Positions 52,247-62,512 are shown, numbered from the stretch's first letter. The stretch is DNA of 64,000 bases from Candidatus Latescibacterota bacterium (GCA_965219995.1 CBDCOX010000002.1:448001-512000); one strand, 5' to 3'. The notes: a model not told the origin generated them from the sequence alone. Numbers and translations: made by a program.

Positions 52247-53719
52247 GTGTCTGAGGTGATTCGAATTCATCCCGAAAACAGAAAGATCTTCGACTATCGC
52301 GGACGCGCGCTGGTGCTGGTCTGCGCGACCGAACACTACGGGGCCGTGATGAACAGGCCGTTCCGTTTCGAACGCTATCTGCGGGACGCCGCTGAACGGG
52401 GGCAGACGCTCACGCGGTTGTTCACGCTGTTCAGAGAATTGCAGACGCCCGTGAATCCGTACTCGACCTGCAAGCCAGAATCGCCGGACTATATTGCGCC
52501 GTTCGAAAGGACAGGCCCCGGAAACGCTCGGGACGGACAGCCGCGGTACGATCTGACGCGCCGGAACGCCGAATTCTTCGATCGGCTGCACGCGTTTCTG
52601 TCTCTTGCGGAGTCATATGGGATCATCGTGGAGGTGGTGCTCTTCAGCAACACGTACAAGGACGAGGTCTGGGCGCTCAATCCGCTGAATCCCGCCAACA
52701 ATATAACCATGGAGCCGCCGGATCAGCCGGTGCCCTGGCAGGAGTATATGACGTGCCGGCGGAAGGACCTGCTGGCCTGGCAGCGCGCGCACGTTCGCGG
52801 TATCGTCACCGAGACCAACCGGTACGGGAACGTGATCTACGAGATCTGCAACGAACCGTGTCATTTCCCAGGTCCTGACGAACTGCCCGGATCGGAGGAG
52901 GTGAATGGTTGGCAGGCGCAGTTCATCGAACAGATCCGTGAGCTGGAAAGCGGGATGCCGAAGCAGCACCTGATTGCGGGACAGGAAGCGATGACGATCA
53001 GGCCGTTCGATCAGCCTTCCGACGGATCGTTCAGCGCCATGGATTTCGACGTGGTGAATATACACCCGCTGCCCAATACCCTGTGCGAAGGTCGAAGTTA
53101 CGATCTCGGCGACTTCATGTCCAAACAGCTCAAGCTGCGGCCGTTGCGTGATTTTTCCCTGGCAGCCTATGAACGGTCGAAGCCGCTGAATCACGATGAG
53201 GACAACATCGCGACCCAGTACAAGGAGATTGAAGGATGGACGGTCCATCGCAAGCGGGCCTGGACTTCGCTGTTTTCGGGGGCCCATTACGATATGATCG
53301 ACTTTTCGATCCTGCCCTATCTCGAGGCGGGAACACCCGACTCGCGAAACGGGATTCGGAGGTGGATGGGCAACCTGTCCGGGTTCATCCACTCGATCGA
53401 TCTTGTGAGGGCCCGCCCGATGATGCCGGGATGGCTGAGAGAACGGCCGGACCACACGCTTGAATCGGTATTCGCGGTTGCGGGCGAGGACTACTGCATC
53501 TATCTGGCCGACGACCGCGAGCGCGAGGAAGCCGGATGCGGCGAACCGATTGAGGGACGGCTTTGCATGGACCTGCCGGCTGGCGCGTTTGAAGTGTGCT
53601 GTTTTTCGCCTGTTGACGGCGTCTATTCTCCCCGTGTGCCAATCGGCGGCGGCGTGCGTCGACTGGTTGTTCCGCCGTTTCGACACGACATTGTCGTTCG
53701 CGTCACGAAAGTGGAGTAA
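52247..53719 (+). CDS. Putative clan GH-A glycoside hydrolase without signal peptide
   Basis: YEICNEP acid/base motif, VNIH, candidate nucleophile in PLNHDE; start uncertain. Confidence 0.6.
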   Translation: MSEVIRIHPENRKIFDYRGRALVLVCATEHYGAVMNRPFRFERYLRDAAERGQTLTRLFTLFRELQTPVNPYSTCKPESPDYIAPFERTGPGNARDGQPRYDLTRRNAEFFDRLHAFLSLAESYGIIVEVVLFSNTYKDEVWALNPLNPANNITMEPPDQPVPWQEYMTCRRKDLLAWQRAHVRGIVTETNRYGNVIYEICNEPCHFPGPDELPGSEEVNGWQAQFIEQIRELESGMPKQHLIAGQEAMTIRPFDQPSDGSFSAMDFDVVNIHPLPNTLCEGRSYDLGDFMSKQLKLRPLRDFSLAAYERSKPLNHDEDNIATQYKEIEGWTVHRKRAWTSLFSGAHYDMIDFSILPYLEAGTPDSRNGIRRWMGNLSGFIHSIDLVRARPMMPGWLRERPDHTLESVFAVAGEDYCIYLADDREREEAGCGEPIEGRLCMDLPAGAFEVCCFSPVDGVYSPRVPIGGGVRRLVVPPFRHDIVVRVTKVE

Positions 53720-53722
53720 CGG

Positions 53723-54538
53723 ATGGGACGCATGGACGGACAGGTTGCATGGGTGAGCGGGGGCGCCTCCGGAATGGGAGAGGCCACGGCGGAACTGTTC
53801 GCATCCGAAGGCGCCAGAGTCGCCGTGACCGACGTCCAGGAGGCGCGTGGCCGCGAGGTGGCGCATCGTATCAGGGAACAGGGCGGTGAGGCGATTTTTC
53901 TGGGGTGCGACGTTGCACGGGAAGAGCAGGTGCGGGAGTCCATCGAGGCGACGGTGGCGAATTTCGACGGTCTGCAGACGATTGTCAACTGCGCGGGAAT
54001 CGTGCATGTTGCGTGCCTGCACACATATTCCGGGAGGGACTGGGATCGTTTGATGGGGGTCAATCTCAAGTCCGTTTTCTTTTCGCTCAAGTACGGCATT
54101 CCGCACTTGCGGGAGCATCGGCGGAGTTATATGGTGAATATCGGCTCGGTCGGCAGCTTTATCGGTCAGGCGAATACGCCCGCATACACCACGTCCAAGC
54201 ACGCGGTTCTGGGATTGAGCCGGTCCATCGCGCTGGACTACGCGGGAGACGGGCTGCGCTGCAACTGCATCTGTCCGGGCATTACGGACACGCCCATGTT
54301 ACGGCACCATCTGAATACCACGCCTGACCCGGAGGCGACGCTGGCGCAGCGTCTGCAGCGCGTCCCGACGGGAACCGTCATCAGGCCCGCGGACGTGGCA
54401 CGGGCAGCACTTTACTTCTGCACCGAGGCGTCCGCCGGAATCACCGGCACGTCGCTGGTCGTCGATGGCGGTTACATCGCTGCGGCGGAGTGGGAGACGG
54501 CGGGTCCGACGCGTTTTGCGGAGGAAACGCGACCATGA
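53723..54538 (+). CDS. SDR family oxidoreductase
   Basis: SGGASGMG, NCAGI, YTTSK, CPG. Confidence 0.92.
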   Translation: MGRMDGQVAWVSGGASGMGEATAELFASEGARVAVTDVQEARGREVAHRIREQGGEAIFLGCDVAREEQVRESIEATVANFDGLQTIVNCAGIVHVACLHTYSGRDWDRLMGVNLKSVFFSLKYGIPHLREHRRSYMVNIGSVGSFIGQANTPAYTTSKHAVLGLSRSIALDYAGDGLRCNCICPGITDTPMLRHHLNTTPDPEATLAQRLQRVPTGTVIRPADVARAALYFCTEASAGITGTSLVVDGGYIAAAEWETAGPTRFAEETRP

Positions 54539-55365
54539 ATCTGGCGTGCTCGGATTTTACGTTTCCCCTGCTTCCGCACGACGGTGCGCTTCAACTGGTC
54601 TCCATGCTGGGGTTCGAGGGGGTGGACATCGGTCTCTTCGAGGAGCGGTCTCATCTGTGGCCTTCGCGTGAGTTTCACGACGTGCCGCGCTCCGCCCGCA
54701 GACTCAGGAGAAAGCTGGACGGCTTCGGACTGACACCTGCGGATGTTTTCTTGCAGGCGGCGATGGACTTCGTGCCCTACGCCATCAATCATCCGCAGGA
54801 GGCGCGACGCCGGAAAGCGCGCGACTGGTTTCTGAAGACGCTGGAATACGCCGCCGAGTGCGGTTGCGCGCACGTCACGACACTGCCGGGTGTGTATAAC
54901 GAGGACGAGTCCCGGGCGGATTCGTTCAGCCGGGCCGTCGATGAATTGAACTGGCGGGTGGCGAAGGCGGGCGAGCACGGCATCGTCTTCGGCGTTGAGG
55001 CGCACGTCGGCTCTCTCGCTCCCCGTCCGAAGTCGGTACTGCGGCTGGTAGAGGCCGTTCCCGGCCTGACCCTGACGCTGGATTACACGCACTTCACGAA
55101 AGTCGGCCTTCCGGATTCCGACGTGGAGCCCCTCGTGGCATACGCCAGCCATTTCCATGCACGCGGCGCACGCAGAGGCAGGATACAGACGTCCTTCGAT
55201 CACAACGTCATAGACTATCGGCGGGTTGTGGACGTGATGAAAGCGACAGGATACCCGGGATGGCTGGGCGTCGAGTACGTCTGGATCGACTGGGAGCACT
55301 GCAACGAGTGCGACAACGTCTCGGAGACGATCAGGTTCCGCGATTTTTTCAAGTCTCTGGACTGA
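54535..55365 (+). CDS. Sugar phosphate isomerase/epimerase (xylose isomerase-like TIM barrel)
   Basis: GFEGVDI, GVEAH, LDYTH, HFHAR, GYPGWLGVE; ATGA overlap with the SDR gene. Confidence 0.82.
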   Translation: MNLACSDFTFPLLPHDGALQLVSMLGFEGVDIGLFEERSHLWPSREFHDVPRSARRLRRKLDGFGLTPADVFLQAAMDFVPYAINHPQEARRRKARDWFLKTLEYAAECGCAHVTTLPGVYNEDESRADSFSRAVDELNWRVAKAGEHGIVFGVEAHVGSLAPRPKSVLRLVEAVPGLTLTLDYTHFTKVGLPDSDVEPLVAYASHFHARGARRGRIQTSFDHNVIDYRRVVDVMKATGYPGWLGVEYVWIDWEHCNECDNVSETIRFRDFFKSLD

Positions 55366-55426
55366 ATGGCGCCCGGGAAAGATGCGTCCCACGACGGACG
55401 GCAACGGTCGATCGTCTCGGGTGCTA

Positions 55427-55455
55427 TTGACAACACCCGGAATCCGGAGTATATT
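55427..55455 (+). promoter_or_regulatory. Promoter of ssb
   Basis: TTGACA-17bp-TATATT. Confidence 0.7.
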
Positions 55456-55533
55456 CGAATGAAGGCTATTTGGGTGAGGATTGTGCCATCGTTTATAAAA
55501 AATTGTTTTTATTTTATTTAAAGGAGGTCCATC

Positions 55534-56034
55534 GTGGCACGTAGAGGCGTAAACAAGGTAATTCTAATTGGGAATATCGGGGCGGATCCGGAATTGCGAT
55601 ATACAGCGGGCGGAACTGCCGTAACGAACTTCAATATGGCCACCAACGAGAGTTGGAACGACAACTCGGGCGAACGGCAGGAACGAACCGAATGGCACCG
55701 GATCGTAGTATGGGGCAGGCTGGCGGAAATCTGCAATCAGTACCTGCGGAAGGGCAGCAAGGTCTATATCGAGGGACGCCTGCAGACCAGCAGCTGGGAA
55801 GGCCAGGACGGACAGAAGCGGTATACCACCGAGGTGATTGCCAGAGATATGCAAATGCTGGACTCCCGTGACGATCCAGATGCTGGCGGCGGTTTTTCCC
55901 AGGGACAGCGTCCGCAGGCGGAGGGAGCCCCCGGCAATCGGCAGGGTACCGCCGAAACGGGCGGCAGTCCGGACGCGGGTCAGGGCGGGTCGGGCCCGCC
56001 GGGCTACGGCGCCGACGACGATCTCCCCTTCTGA
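55534..56034 (+). CDS. ssb: Single-stranded DNA-binding protein
   Basis: [24 protein letters not shown]-terminal DDDLPF. Confidence 0.97.
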   Translation: MARRGVNKVILIGNIGADPELRYTAGGTAVTNFNMATNESWNDNSGERQERTEWHRIVVWGRLAEICNQYLRKGSKVYIEGRLQTSSWEGQDGQKRYTTEVIARDMQMLDSRDDPDAGGGFSQGQRPQAEGAPGNRQGTAETGGSPDAGQGGSGPPGYGADDDLPF

Positions 56035-56217
56035 GCACGATGGTTTCCGGCATCGCGAGGGCGTCAGGAAACTTTCGAGATTACTGGGCTGCGAATTCTT
56101 TTTGCAGCCCCATTTTCTGTACGTACATTGACAGCGTACCTGCGATGGGGATGAATTCCGCGACCGACCGTAGAGCGAACATCCGTCGGATACGGGTCGG
56201 CTAACGTGTGGTGTGGA

Positions 56218-56820
56218 ATGTTGAAGCTGATTGCGTTTTTTTCCGGCGCCGCGTTGATGGGGCTTGAAATCGTAGGCAGCCGGGTGCTTGCGCCGTATTT
56301 CGGCAGCTCCGTTTTCGTCTGGGGAAGCCTGATCGCGGTGGTCCTGGCCGCGCTGAGTCTGGGCGCGTATTCCGGGGGCAGGCTTGCGGACAGGATGCCT
56401 TCAGGCCCGCCGCTCGCCGCGTTGCTGGGTTTCGCGGGCGTGACGGCGTTTTGCCTGCCCTGGGTGGCGGGGGCGGTGAATCGCGCCGTTTTTGTCATGG
56501 ATGCGGGTCCGCGGGGCGGGCCGCTGCTGGCGTCGATCCTTCTGTTTGCGATACCGGGGGTTGCGCTGGGAGCCGTCACGCCCTTTGTCGTCCGGATGCT
56601 CGCGGATCGGGTCGACAGGGTCGGCGGCGTCGCGGGCACGGTATCCGCGTTGTCCGCGGCGGGGAGCATCGCAGGGACGCTGGGTACGGCGTTCTATCTG
56701 ATACCCGCGATGGGGGTACGGCACATACTCCACCTGATCGGAGCCGTACTCCTGGTGCTGGCGGCGATGGCGATGTGGGGTACGCACCGGTGCGCGGTAT
56801 CGCTCGAAGACCGATCCTAA
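56218..56820 (+). CDS. Membrane half of a 'fused MFS/spermidine synthase' family protein
   Basis: FFSGAALMGLEIVGSRVLAPYFGSS, GGRLAD, GSIAGT; about 6 TM segments. Confidence 0.8.
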   Translation: MLKLIAFFSGAALMGLEIVGSRVLAPYFGSSVFVWGSLIAVVLAALSLGAYSGGRLADRMPSGPPLAALLGFAGVTAFCLPWVAGAVNRAVFVMDAGPRGGPLLASILLFAIPGVALGAVTPFVVRMLADRVDRVGGVAGTVSALSAAGSIAGTLGTAFYLIPAMGVRHILHLIGAVLLVLAAMAMWGTHRCAVSLEDRS

Positions 56821-56944
56821 CAAAGCGCACGCGGCGGACGAGACGAGTGAGAGGATGAAAATCATTCGCGCATCGTCGAAAGCGCAGGACGGGGCGGGAT
56901 GCGCCGCCTTGTATGACACGCCAGGCGTTTGCGATAACCGTCCA

Positions 56945-57874
56945 GTGATCAAACGGTATCCGTTCGGCATTCTTTCTCTGCTTTTGTCGGTCTTTCCGCT
57001 CGCGGCATGCGACGTCCGGCCGGAAATCCCGGAGCAGGAAGAGCTGGTCTACGTCCACGACTCACTGTACAATCACATCGTGGTTTCCGAAGACGTCGAA
57101 GCTCGCTACCTCAGGTTCGGTTACGGCGCGAAACAGAGCGCGATGACGCTTGCAAACCCGGCGGCTCTGCGTGTGCCTTACACGGCATACCTTGCGTTGG
57201 GAACGGCGTTCACGAAACCGGAACGCGTGCTGATGATCGGACTGGCGGGGGGATCGGTCGCACGATTCGTACGGTCCGCCTGCCCGGAGGTCGCGATGGA
57301 CGTGGTCGAACTGGACCCCCACGTGGTTGGCGTGGCCAGGCGCTTTTTTGGTGTCGAAGCGGACGCCGCACTCAGAGTCCACGTGGACGACGGGCGGATG
57401 TTCGTGAAACGGACGGACGAACGTTACGACTGGATCGTACTGGACGCGTTTCATGCGGACTCCATGCCGCACCATTTGGCAACGGAGGAATTCTTCCGGG
57501 AGGTGAGGGGAATCCTGACGCCTCGCGGCGTCGTTACCGTGAACGTCGCGCCGCTCGGACCGGGCGTACTGTATCTCTCGATCATTCGAACGTTGGCAGA
57601 GGTGTTTCCACAGGTTTACCTGTTTCAGGTGCCTGAGCGGAGCAACATTGTGGCCGTCGCCACGCTGGATGCAGACAGGCGTAACGGAATTGAAATCGCA
57701 CGGGCAATACGTGAATTGAAATCGGAAATCGGCGACGCGCTGGAACGGCTGATCCCCATGACGCCTTTTGGCGAGCGCAAGCCCGTCGTCCGGGGCGTAC
57801 CCGTGCTGACGGACGACTATGCGCCTGTCGACTGGCTGCGATTCCGGCGGGCGCCCGGTGCAAGTATACAATAA
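56945..57874 (+). CDS. Spermidine synthase-like SAM-dependent enzyme with candidate lipoprotein signal
   Basis: DSLYNHI, IGLAGGS, VELDP, DGR, YDWIVLDAF, LTDDYAP; LAAC lipobox; alternative start 56855. Confidence 0.75.
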   Translation: MIKRYPFGILSLLLSVFPLAACDVRPEIPEQEELVYVHDSLYNHIVVSEDVEARYLRFGYGAKQSAMTLANPAALRVPYTAYLALGTAFTKPERVLMIGLAGGSVARFVRSACPEVAMDVVELDPHVVGVARRFFGVEADAALRVHVDDGRMFVKRTDERYDWIVLDAFHADSMPHHLATEEFFREVRGILTPRGVVTVNVAPLGPGVLYLSIIRTLAEVFPQVYLFQVPERSNIVAVATLDADRRNGIEIARAIRELKSEIGDALERLIPMTPFGERKPVVRGVPVLTDDYAPVDWLRFRRAPGASIQ

Positions 57875-57935
57875 TCGCGGCGTCGGGCCGCGGCTCGTCA
57901 CACCGCCCGGCAGCCCAATTGGAAGGAGGCATTGG

Positions 57936-59591
57936 ATGGCAAGAGCATGGAGTCCTGAACCGGAGTTGCTGGCGTCGCTGGATGCGGCTGTACCGGAAAT
58001 CCTGGCGTCCCAGAAAGAAAACGGACAGTTCGGTACGGAGCCGTGGATCTGTGGAGACCAGAACCTGATTTTTCCCCTGGCAGCGGCATGGCATCTGAAC
58101 GAAAGCGGATACCACCGGAACGACGAGGTGCTGGAGGCGATCGTTCGGGGCGGCGACGCGCTGATTCACGCGCAGGATGAGGAAGGGAAGTGGACGTTTC
58201 TCAAGAAGGACTATTCGGAGTGGGGCCAGATCCTGATGCCCTGGACCTACAGCCGCTGGATCCGCGCGTATCAGATCGTCCGGGACGCATTGGACGCCGA
58301 TGCGCGCGCCCGATGGGACGAAGCGCTGCTGTTGGGGTTCGACGGCATCGCCAGGACCTGTCTCGCACACGTCCACAACATTCCCGCACACCATTCGATG
58401 GCTCTATTCTGTGCCGGTACGGTGTTCGACCGGGAGGACTGGCGAAACCAGTCGCGGGCGTTCATGGCACGGGTGGCCGGCGCGCAATCGCCGCACGGTT
58501 GGTGGCCTGAGCACAACGGGCCGGTCGTGGCGTACAACTACGTCTACTCGGAATCTCTCGGCATCTACTACGGGATGTCGAACGACGCTGCGGTGCTGCC
58601 GGCGCTGGACCGGGCGGCGCGTTATCACGCGAGTCTGACCTATCCGGACGGCAGCCCGGTAGAAACGGTGGACGGGCGCAATCCGTATCACGCGGGAGTT
58701 CGCCTGGGCAATGCGGGTTTCAGCCACACAGCGGCGGGGCGCGGGTATCTGGCGCGCCTGCACGGGTTGTTTCTGGCAGAGGGCGCGCGGTTCGATCCGG
58801 ACTATGCGGCGAACCTGCTGCTGAACGGCGGCCGCGGAGAAGCGGAGGAGACCGCTGCCGGGCGGGCCCGGCACGTTTACCGGATGGGGGACGAGGCCAC
58901 CGCGGTGAGGAACAGCCCCTGGTTCCTCTGTCTGTCGGCCTTTGTCGTGGATTTTCCACAGAACCGGTGGGGCCAGGACCGGCAGAATTTCGTCAGCGTG
59001 TTTCACGACAGCGTTGGGCTGGTGCTGGGCGGCGGGAATACCAAGTTGCAGCCTCTGTGGAGTACCTTTACCGTGGGCGACAAGGGACTTCTGGCACACA
59101 CGCCCGGAGACGAGGATCCCGACTTCGACGTGCCCGACGGATTGATCCACGTGCCGGATGAGATTTCGTACGATTCGGACGAAGCCGGCGGACGGCTGAG
59201 GATGCGCTACGGTGCGGAGACCTGCGGGGTGGAGGTGAGGATCGAGTCCGAAACCGAGTTGACGCTGGTGTTTGCCGCCACGGCGAATTCCGGTTTGCCC
59301 GTTGACGGACACGCGACGCTGATGCCGCACCTGGATCGGGAGGTGAGATTTGCGTCCGGAGAGGTAGCGATGCTGGGTGAAACGAAAGCGGAATGGACCG
59401 GCGAGCCATGGCTGGAACACGCGGGCTGGCGATTGCATCTGCCGCCCGGCGGCCGCGTGGTCTGGCCGGCGCTGCCGCACAATCCGTATCGGAAGGCGGG
59501 GGATTCGACCATCGAGGAGGCGCGCCTGGTGGCGGTTCTGCCCTTTTCCGCGGACGTGGACCGGCATGTGCTGAAACTGGAGGTCCTGTAG
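57936..59591 (+). CDS. Hypothetical protein, possibly alpha/alpha-toroid lyase-like
   Basis: Long ORF with SD AGGAGG; HNIPAHH, GWWPEHNGPVVAYNYVY, YPDG resemble heparinase-like catalytic segments. Confidence 0.55.
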   Translation: MARAWSPEPELLASLDAAVPEILASQKENGQFGTEPWICGDQNLIFPLAAAWHLNESGYHRNDEVLEAIVRGGDALIHAQDEEGKWTFLKKDYSEWGQILMPWTYSRWIRAYQIVRDALDADARARWDEALLLGFDGIARTCLAHVHNIPAHHSMALFCAGTVFDREDWRNQSRAFMARVAGAQSPHGWWPEHNGPVVAYNYVYSESLGIYYGMSNDAAVLPALDRAARYHASLTYPDGSPVETVDGRNPYHAGVRLGNAGFSHTAAGRGYLARLHGLFLAEGARFDPDYAANLLLNGGRGEAEETAAGRARHVYRMGDEATAVRNSPWFLCLSAFVVDFPQNRWGQDRQNFVSVFHDSVGLVLGGGNTKLQPLWSTFTVGDKGLLAHTPGDEDPDFDVPDGLIHVPDEISYDSDEAGGRLRMRYGAETCGVEVRIESETELTLVFAATANSGLPVDGHATLMPHLDREVRFASGEVAMLGETKAEWTGEPWLEHAGWRLHLPPGGRVVWPALPHNPYRKAGDSTIEEARLVAVLPFSADVDRHVLKLEVL

Positions 59592-59626
59592 CAACATGAC
59601 CACTCCGGTTCAACGGGTATTCGTGC

Positions 59627-60499
59627 ATGGAACGCAGGGCTGAGGACGGATGGTTCAGGATCGACGTGAACCTGCCGGCGTACGCGTCGGAAGCGGTTTT
59701 GGAACTGCTGTTCCGCCTGGGAAGCTCAGGACTGGAGGTGCAAAGCGGGGCGGCAGGCGGTAAGACCGGACTGAAGGCTTACTTTCCCCCTGAAAGACAC
59801 AGCGCCCGAGTGGTATCCGGCCTGTGGAGCGGACTGGCCTCGACGTTCGGAGATTTGCGGTCCGTGCGCGTGGAAGTGGCGGAGGTCCCGCCGGAGGATT
59901 GGGCGTCGTCGTGGAAGTCCCGTTTCCGGCCCGTATACCCGGTTCCGACGGTTGCGGTCTGTCCACCCTGGGAACGCGTCGACGATCCGGAAGGCGGGTT
60001 CACGCTCGTCATCGAGCCGAAGACGGCTTTTGGAACCGGTCACCACGAAACGACACGGCTGGCGCTGAAGATGATGCACGCCGTCGTGAAACCGGGCGAC
60101 ACTGTGTTGGACGTGGGCACGGGCTCGGGAATCCTGAGTCTCGCCGCGGCCGGGCTTGGCGCTGCAAAGGTGACGGGTATCGACATCGATCCGACGGCCG
60201 TGCAGAATGCCAGGGCGAATATGTGCCTGAATGAGATTGCCGGCGACGTGGCATTTCGCGTGGGTACTGTTGAAGGCGTTATGGGTGATTTCGACGTTGT
60301 CGTCGCCAATATCGACAGCCGGACGCTGCGCCGGTTGCTGCCCTCGCTGGCCTCACGCGTGGCGCCGCGGGGCAATCTGATCCTGGGGGGCGTGCAGGTT
60401 CGGGAACGGGCGACGTTCCTGAAGGCATTACGGACGGCCGGTCTAAGGGTGGTGGAGGTCCTGGACGAGACCGGATGGCTGGGCATTCGGGCGGCGTGA
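59627..60499 (+). CDS. prmA: Ribosomal protein L11 methyltransferase
   Basis: EDWASSWK, PPW, AFGTGHHETT, LDVGTGSGIL, VVANI. Confidence 0.93.
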   Translation: MERRAEDGWFRIDVNLPAYASEAVLELLFRLGSSGLEVQSGAAGGKTGLKAYFPPERHSARVVSGLWSGLASTFGDLRSVRVEVAEVPPEDWASSWKSRFRPVYPVPTVAVCPPWERVDDPEGGFTLVIEPKTAFGTGHHETTRLALKMMHAVVKPGDTVLDVGTGSGILSLAAAGLGAAKVTGIDIDPTAVQNARANMCLNEIAGDVAFRVGTVEGVMGDFDVVVANIDSRTLRRLLPSLASRVAPRGNLILGGVQVRERATFLKALRTAGLRVVEVLDETGWLGIRAA

Positions 60500-60526
60500 C
60501 AGCTTCCGGTTTTGAACCGCGCAGCG

Positions 60527-61645
60527 TCAGCCGTCGCCCAGTTTGAGCATTTTTTCGGTCGATTTGAGCCCGTGTCCCGTGAGCGGCGCTACAATACACT
60601 CGTCAACGGACGCCGGGACTTTACTGAAGGCCGCTATGGCGGTTGCTGAGGTGGGTTCGGCGTAAAGGCCCTGGTTGCAGATTTCCAGCAGGGCTTTTTC
60701 AATTTCGTGGTCGGTCACGGAAACAACCTCGCCGCCGGTCTCCCGAACGATGTCCAGGATCTGCGAAGCGCGCGCGGGTTCGGCAATGGCAATTCCCTCG
60801 GCAAGGGTGTCCCCCGAGGACGCGTGGGGAATCCCGGGGAGTCGATCCCGCCACATCCGGTAGATGGGGGCGCAGCCGGCGGCCTGCACGGCGATCATTC
60901 TGGGTAGCCTGGCGATCAAACCGTTCTTCAGGAGGTCCTGGAATCCAAGAAAGGCGCCGATCAGCAGGGTGCCGTGCCCGGTGGGGACGATCAGGGCATC
61001 GGGCGCCGTAAATCCGAGCTGCTCCCAGATCTCGAATGCGTACGTCTTGGTCCCCTGAAAGAAAAACGGGTTCCAGACGTGGCTTGCATAGAAGTGGCGG
61101 TCGGCCGCTTCCATCGCCGCACGCGCCGTGGCTTCCCTGGAGCCGGGAACGCGGATCAGTTTTGCGCCGTAGAGTCGGATCTGCGCGAGTTTCCCCGGGG
61201 AAGTGGACTCGGGGACGAATATTTCACACGCCATTCCCGCCTTTGCCGCGTATGCGGCGACGGCGGCGCCGGCGTTGCCGGAGGAATCCTCCACGACTTT
61301 TTCAACACCCAGTTCGAGCGCGCGACTGATGAGTACGGATGCGCCGCGGTCTTTGAAGGAACCCGTGGGGAAGAGGTTCTCCTGCTTGACGGTAAGGGGT
61401 CTGCCATCGATCCGCGCCTGAACGAGCGGCGTAAATCCTTCGTTGAACGAGACGACGTGGTGGTCCGCGCTTATCGGCAGCGCTTCCCGATATCGCCACA
61501 TTCCGGGAGGCCGGCCGGTGATCCGGCGCGTGTCGATGGCGCCCTCGAAATCGACGTCGAGGGGCGCGCCGCAGCCGCATCTCCAGCGTCCGGTCGCCTC
61601 AGGATGGGTGGCGCCGCATGCCCGGCAGACCAACTGCATTGTCAT
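60527..61645 (-). CDS. thrC: Threonine synthase-like PLP enzyme
   Basis: N-terminal Cys motif, GMWRY, EGFTPL, PTGSFKDRG, DSSGNAG, EPTSA. Confidence 0.8.
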   Translation of the reverse strand: MTMQLVCRACGATHPEATGRWRCGCGAPLDVDFEGAIDTRRITGRPPGMWRYREALPISADHHVVSFNEGFTPLVQARIDGRPLTVKQENLFPTGSFKDRGASVLISRALELGVEKVVEDSSGNAGAAVAAYAAKAGMACEIFVPESTSPGKLAQIRLYGAKLIRVPGSREATARAAMEAADRHFYASHVWNPFFFQGTKTYAFEIWEQLGFTAPDALIVPTGHGTLLIGAFLGFQDLLKNGLIARLPRMIAVQAAGCAPIYRMWRDRLPGIPHASSGDTLAEGIAIAEPARASQILDIVRETGGEVVSVTDHEIEKALLEICNQGLYAEPTSATAIAAFSKVPASVDECIVAPLTGHGLKSTEKMLKLGDG

Positions 61646-62430
61646 CGCTGAACTCTTCCTTTCAGCATGCCTGAGGTGATGGCGATCGCCGTGCGGCGCG
61701 GGAGGAACCGGCCCGTGAAATTGAGCACCCTGTTGACGAGGCCGTGGATCACGGAGGGCCTTTTGCCGAGGCTCTTCAAAGCCAGGGCCACAACGGCATC
61801 GGGCGCGGCCTCTCTGAGGCCGCTCGCATCCTTCATGCGGGCGACGCGGGTGAATTCGGTTCTCGTAAAGCCGGGCGAGAGCGACAGCGCGTCGATGCCT
61901 TCCTTCCTGTATTCCTTCCAGAGGGATTCGCCCATCAGAAGATTGAAGGCTTTCGTGGCGCCGTAGACGCCGAGATACGGGGTCGCCTGGTACGCGGCGG
62001 TGGATGCGAGGAAGATCAGCCCGCCGCGACCTCTCTCGAGCATACGGGGGAGGTAGTGGTTGGTGAGCTGTACCGGCACGACGCAGTTCAACACGGTCAT
62101 ATTCACGACGCGGCCCGGATCCTGGTCCGTATAAGCGCCGGAGAGGCCGAAACCGGCGTTGTTGACCAGCATCCCGACTTCAAGGTCGCCGGTCCGGTCT
62201 TCGATCCGCCGGCAGGCGTTGGGGTCCGTAAGGTCTGCGGAAACGACGCGCGTCCGTACGCCGTGAGCCCGCCGGATGGCGCCGGCGAGGGCTTCCATTC
62301 GTTCCGCCCGGCGGGCCACGAGCACCACGTTCAGGCCCCTGGCCGCGATCTGCTTCACGAATTCGGCCCCGAGGCCGGATGAGGCGCCGGTGACCACGGC
62401 CCACTCGCCATATTTCTCCCGCCATCTCAA
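61642..62430 (-). CDS. SDR family oxidoreductase
   Basis: TGASSGLG, NNAGFG, YGATK. Confidence 0.9.
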   Translation of the reverse strand: MRWREKYGEWAVVTGASSGLGAEFVKQIAARGLNVVLVARRAERMEALAGAIRRAHGVRTRVVSADLTDPNACRRIEDRTGDLEVGMLVNNAGFGLSGAYTDQDPGRVVNMTVLNCVVPVQLTNHYLPRMLERGRGGLIFLASTAAYQATPYLGVYGATKAFNLLMGESLWKEYRKEGIDALSLSPGFTRTEFTRVARMKDASGLREAAPDAVVALALKSLGKRPSVIHGLVNRVLNFTGRFLPRRTAIAITSGMLKGRVQR

Positions 62431-62512
62431 GGGTAATGCTCCTTAATAGCCAGTTGGACCCATGCCGTGACAGAACGCGCGAAACCGGGTCGGATTCTTC
62501 CATTGGGAACGA

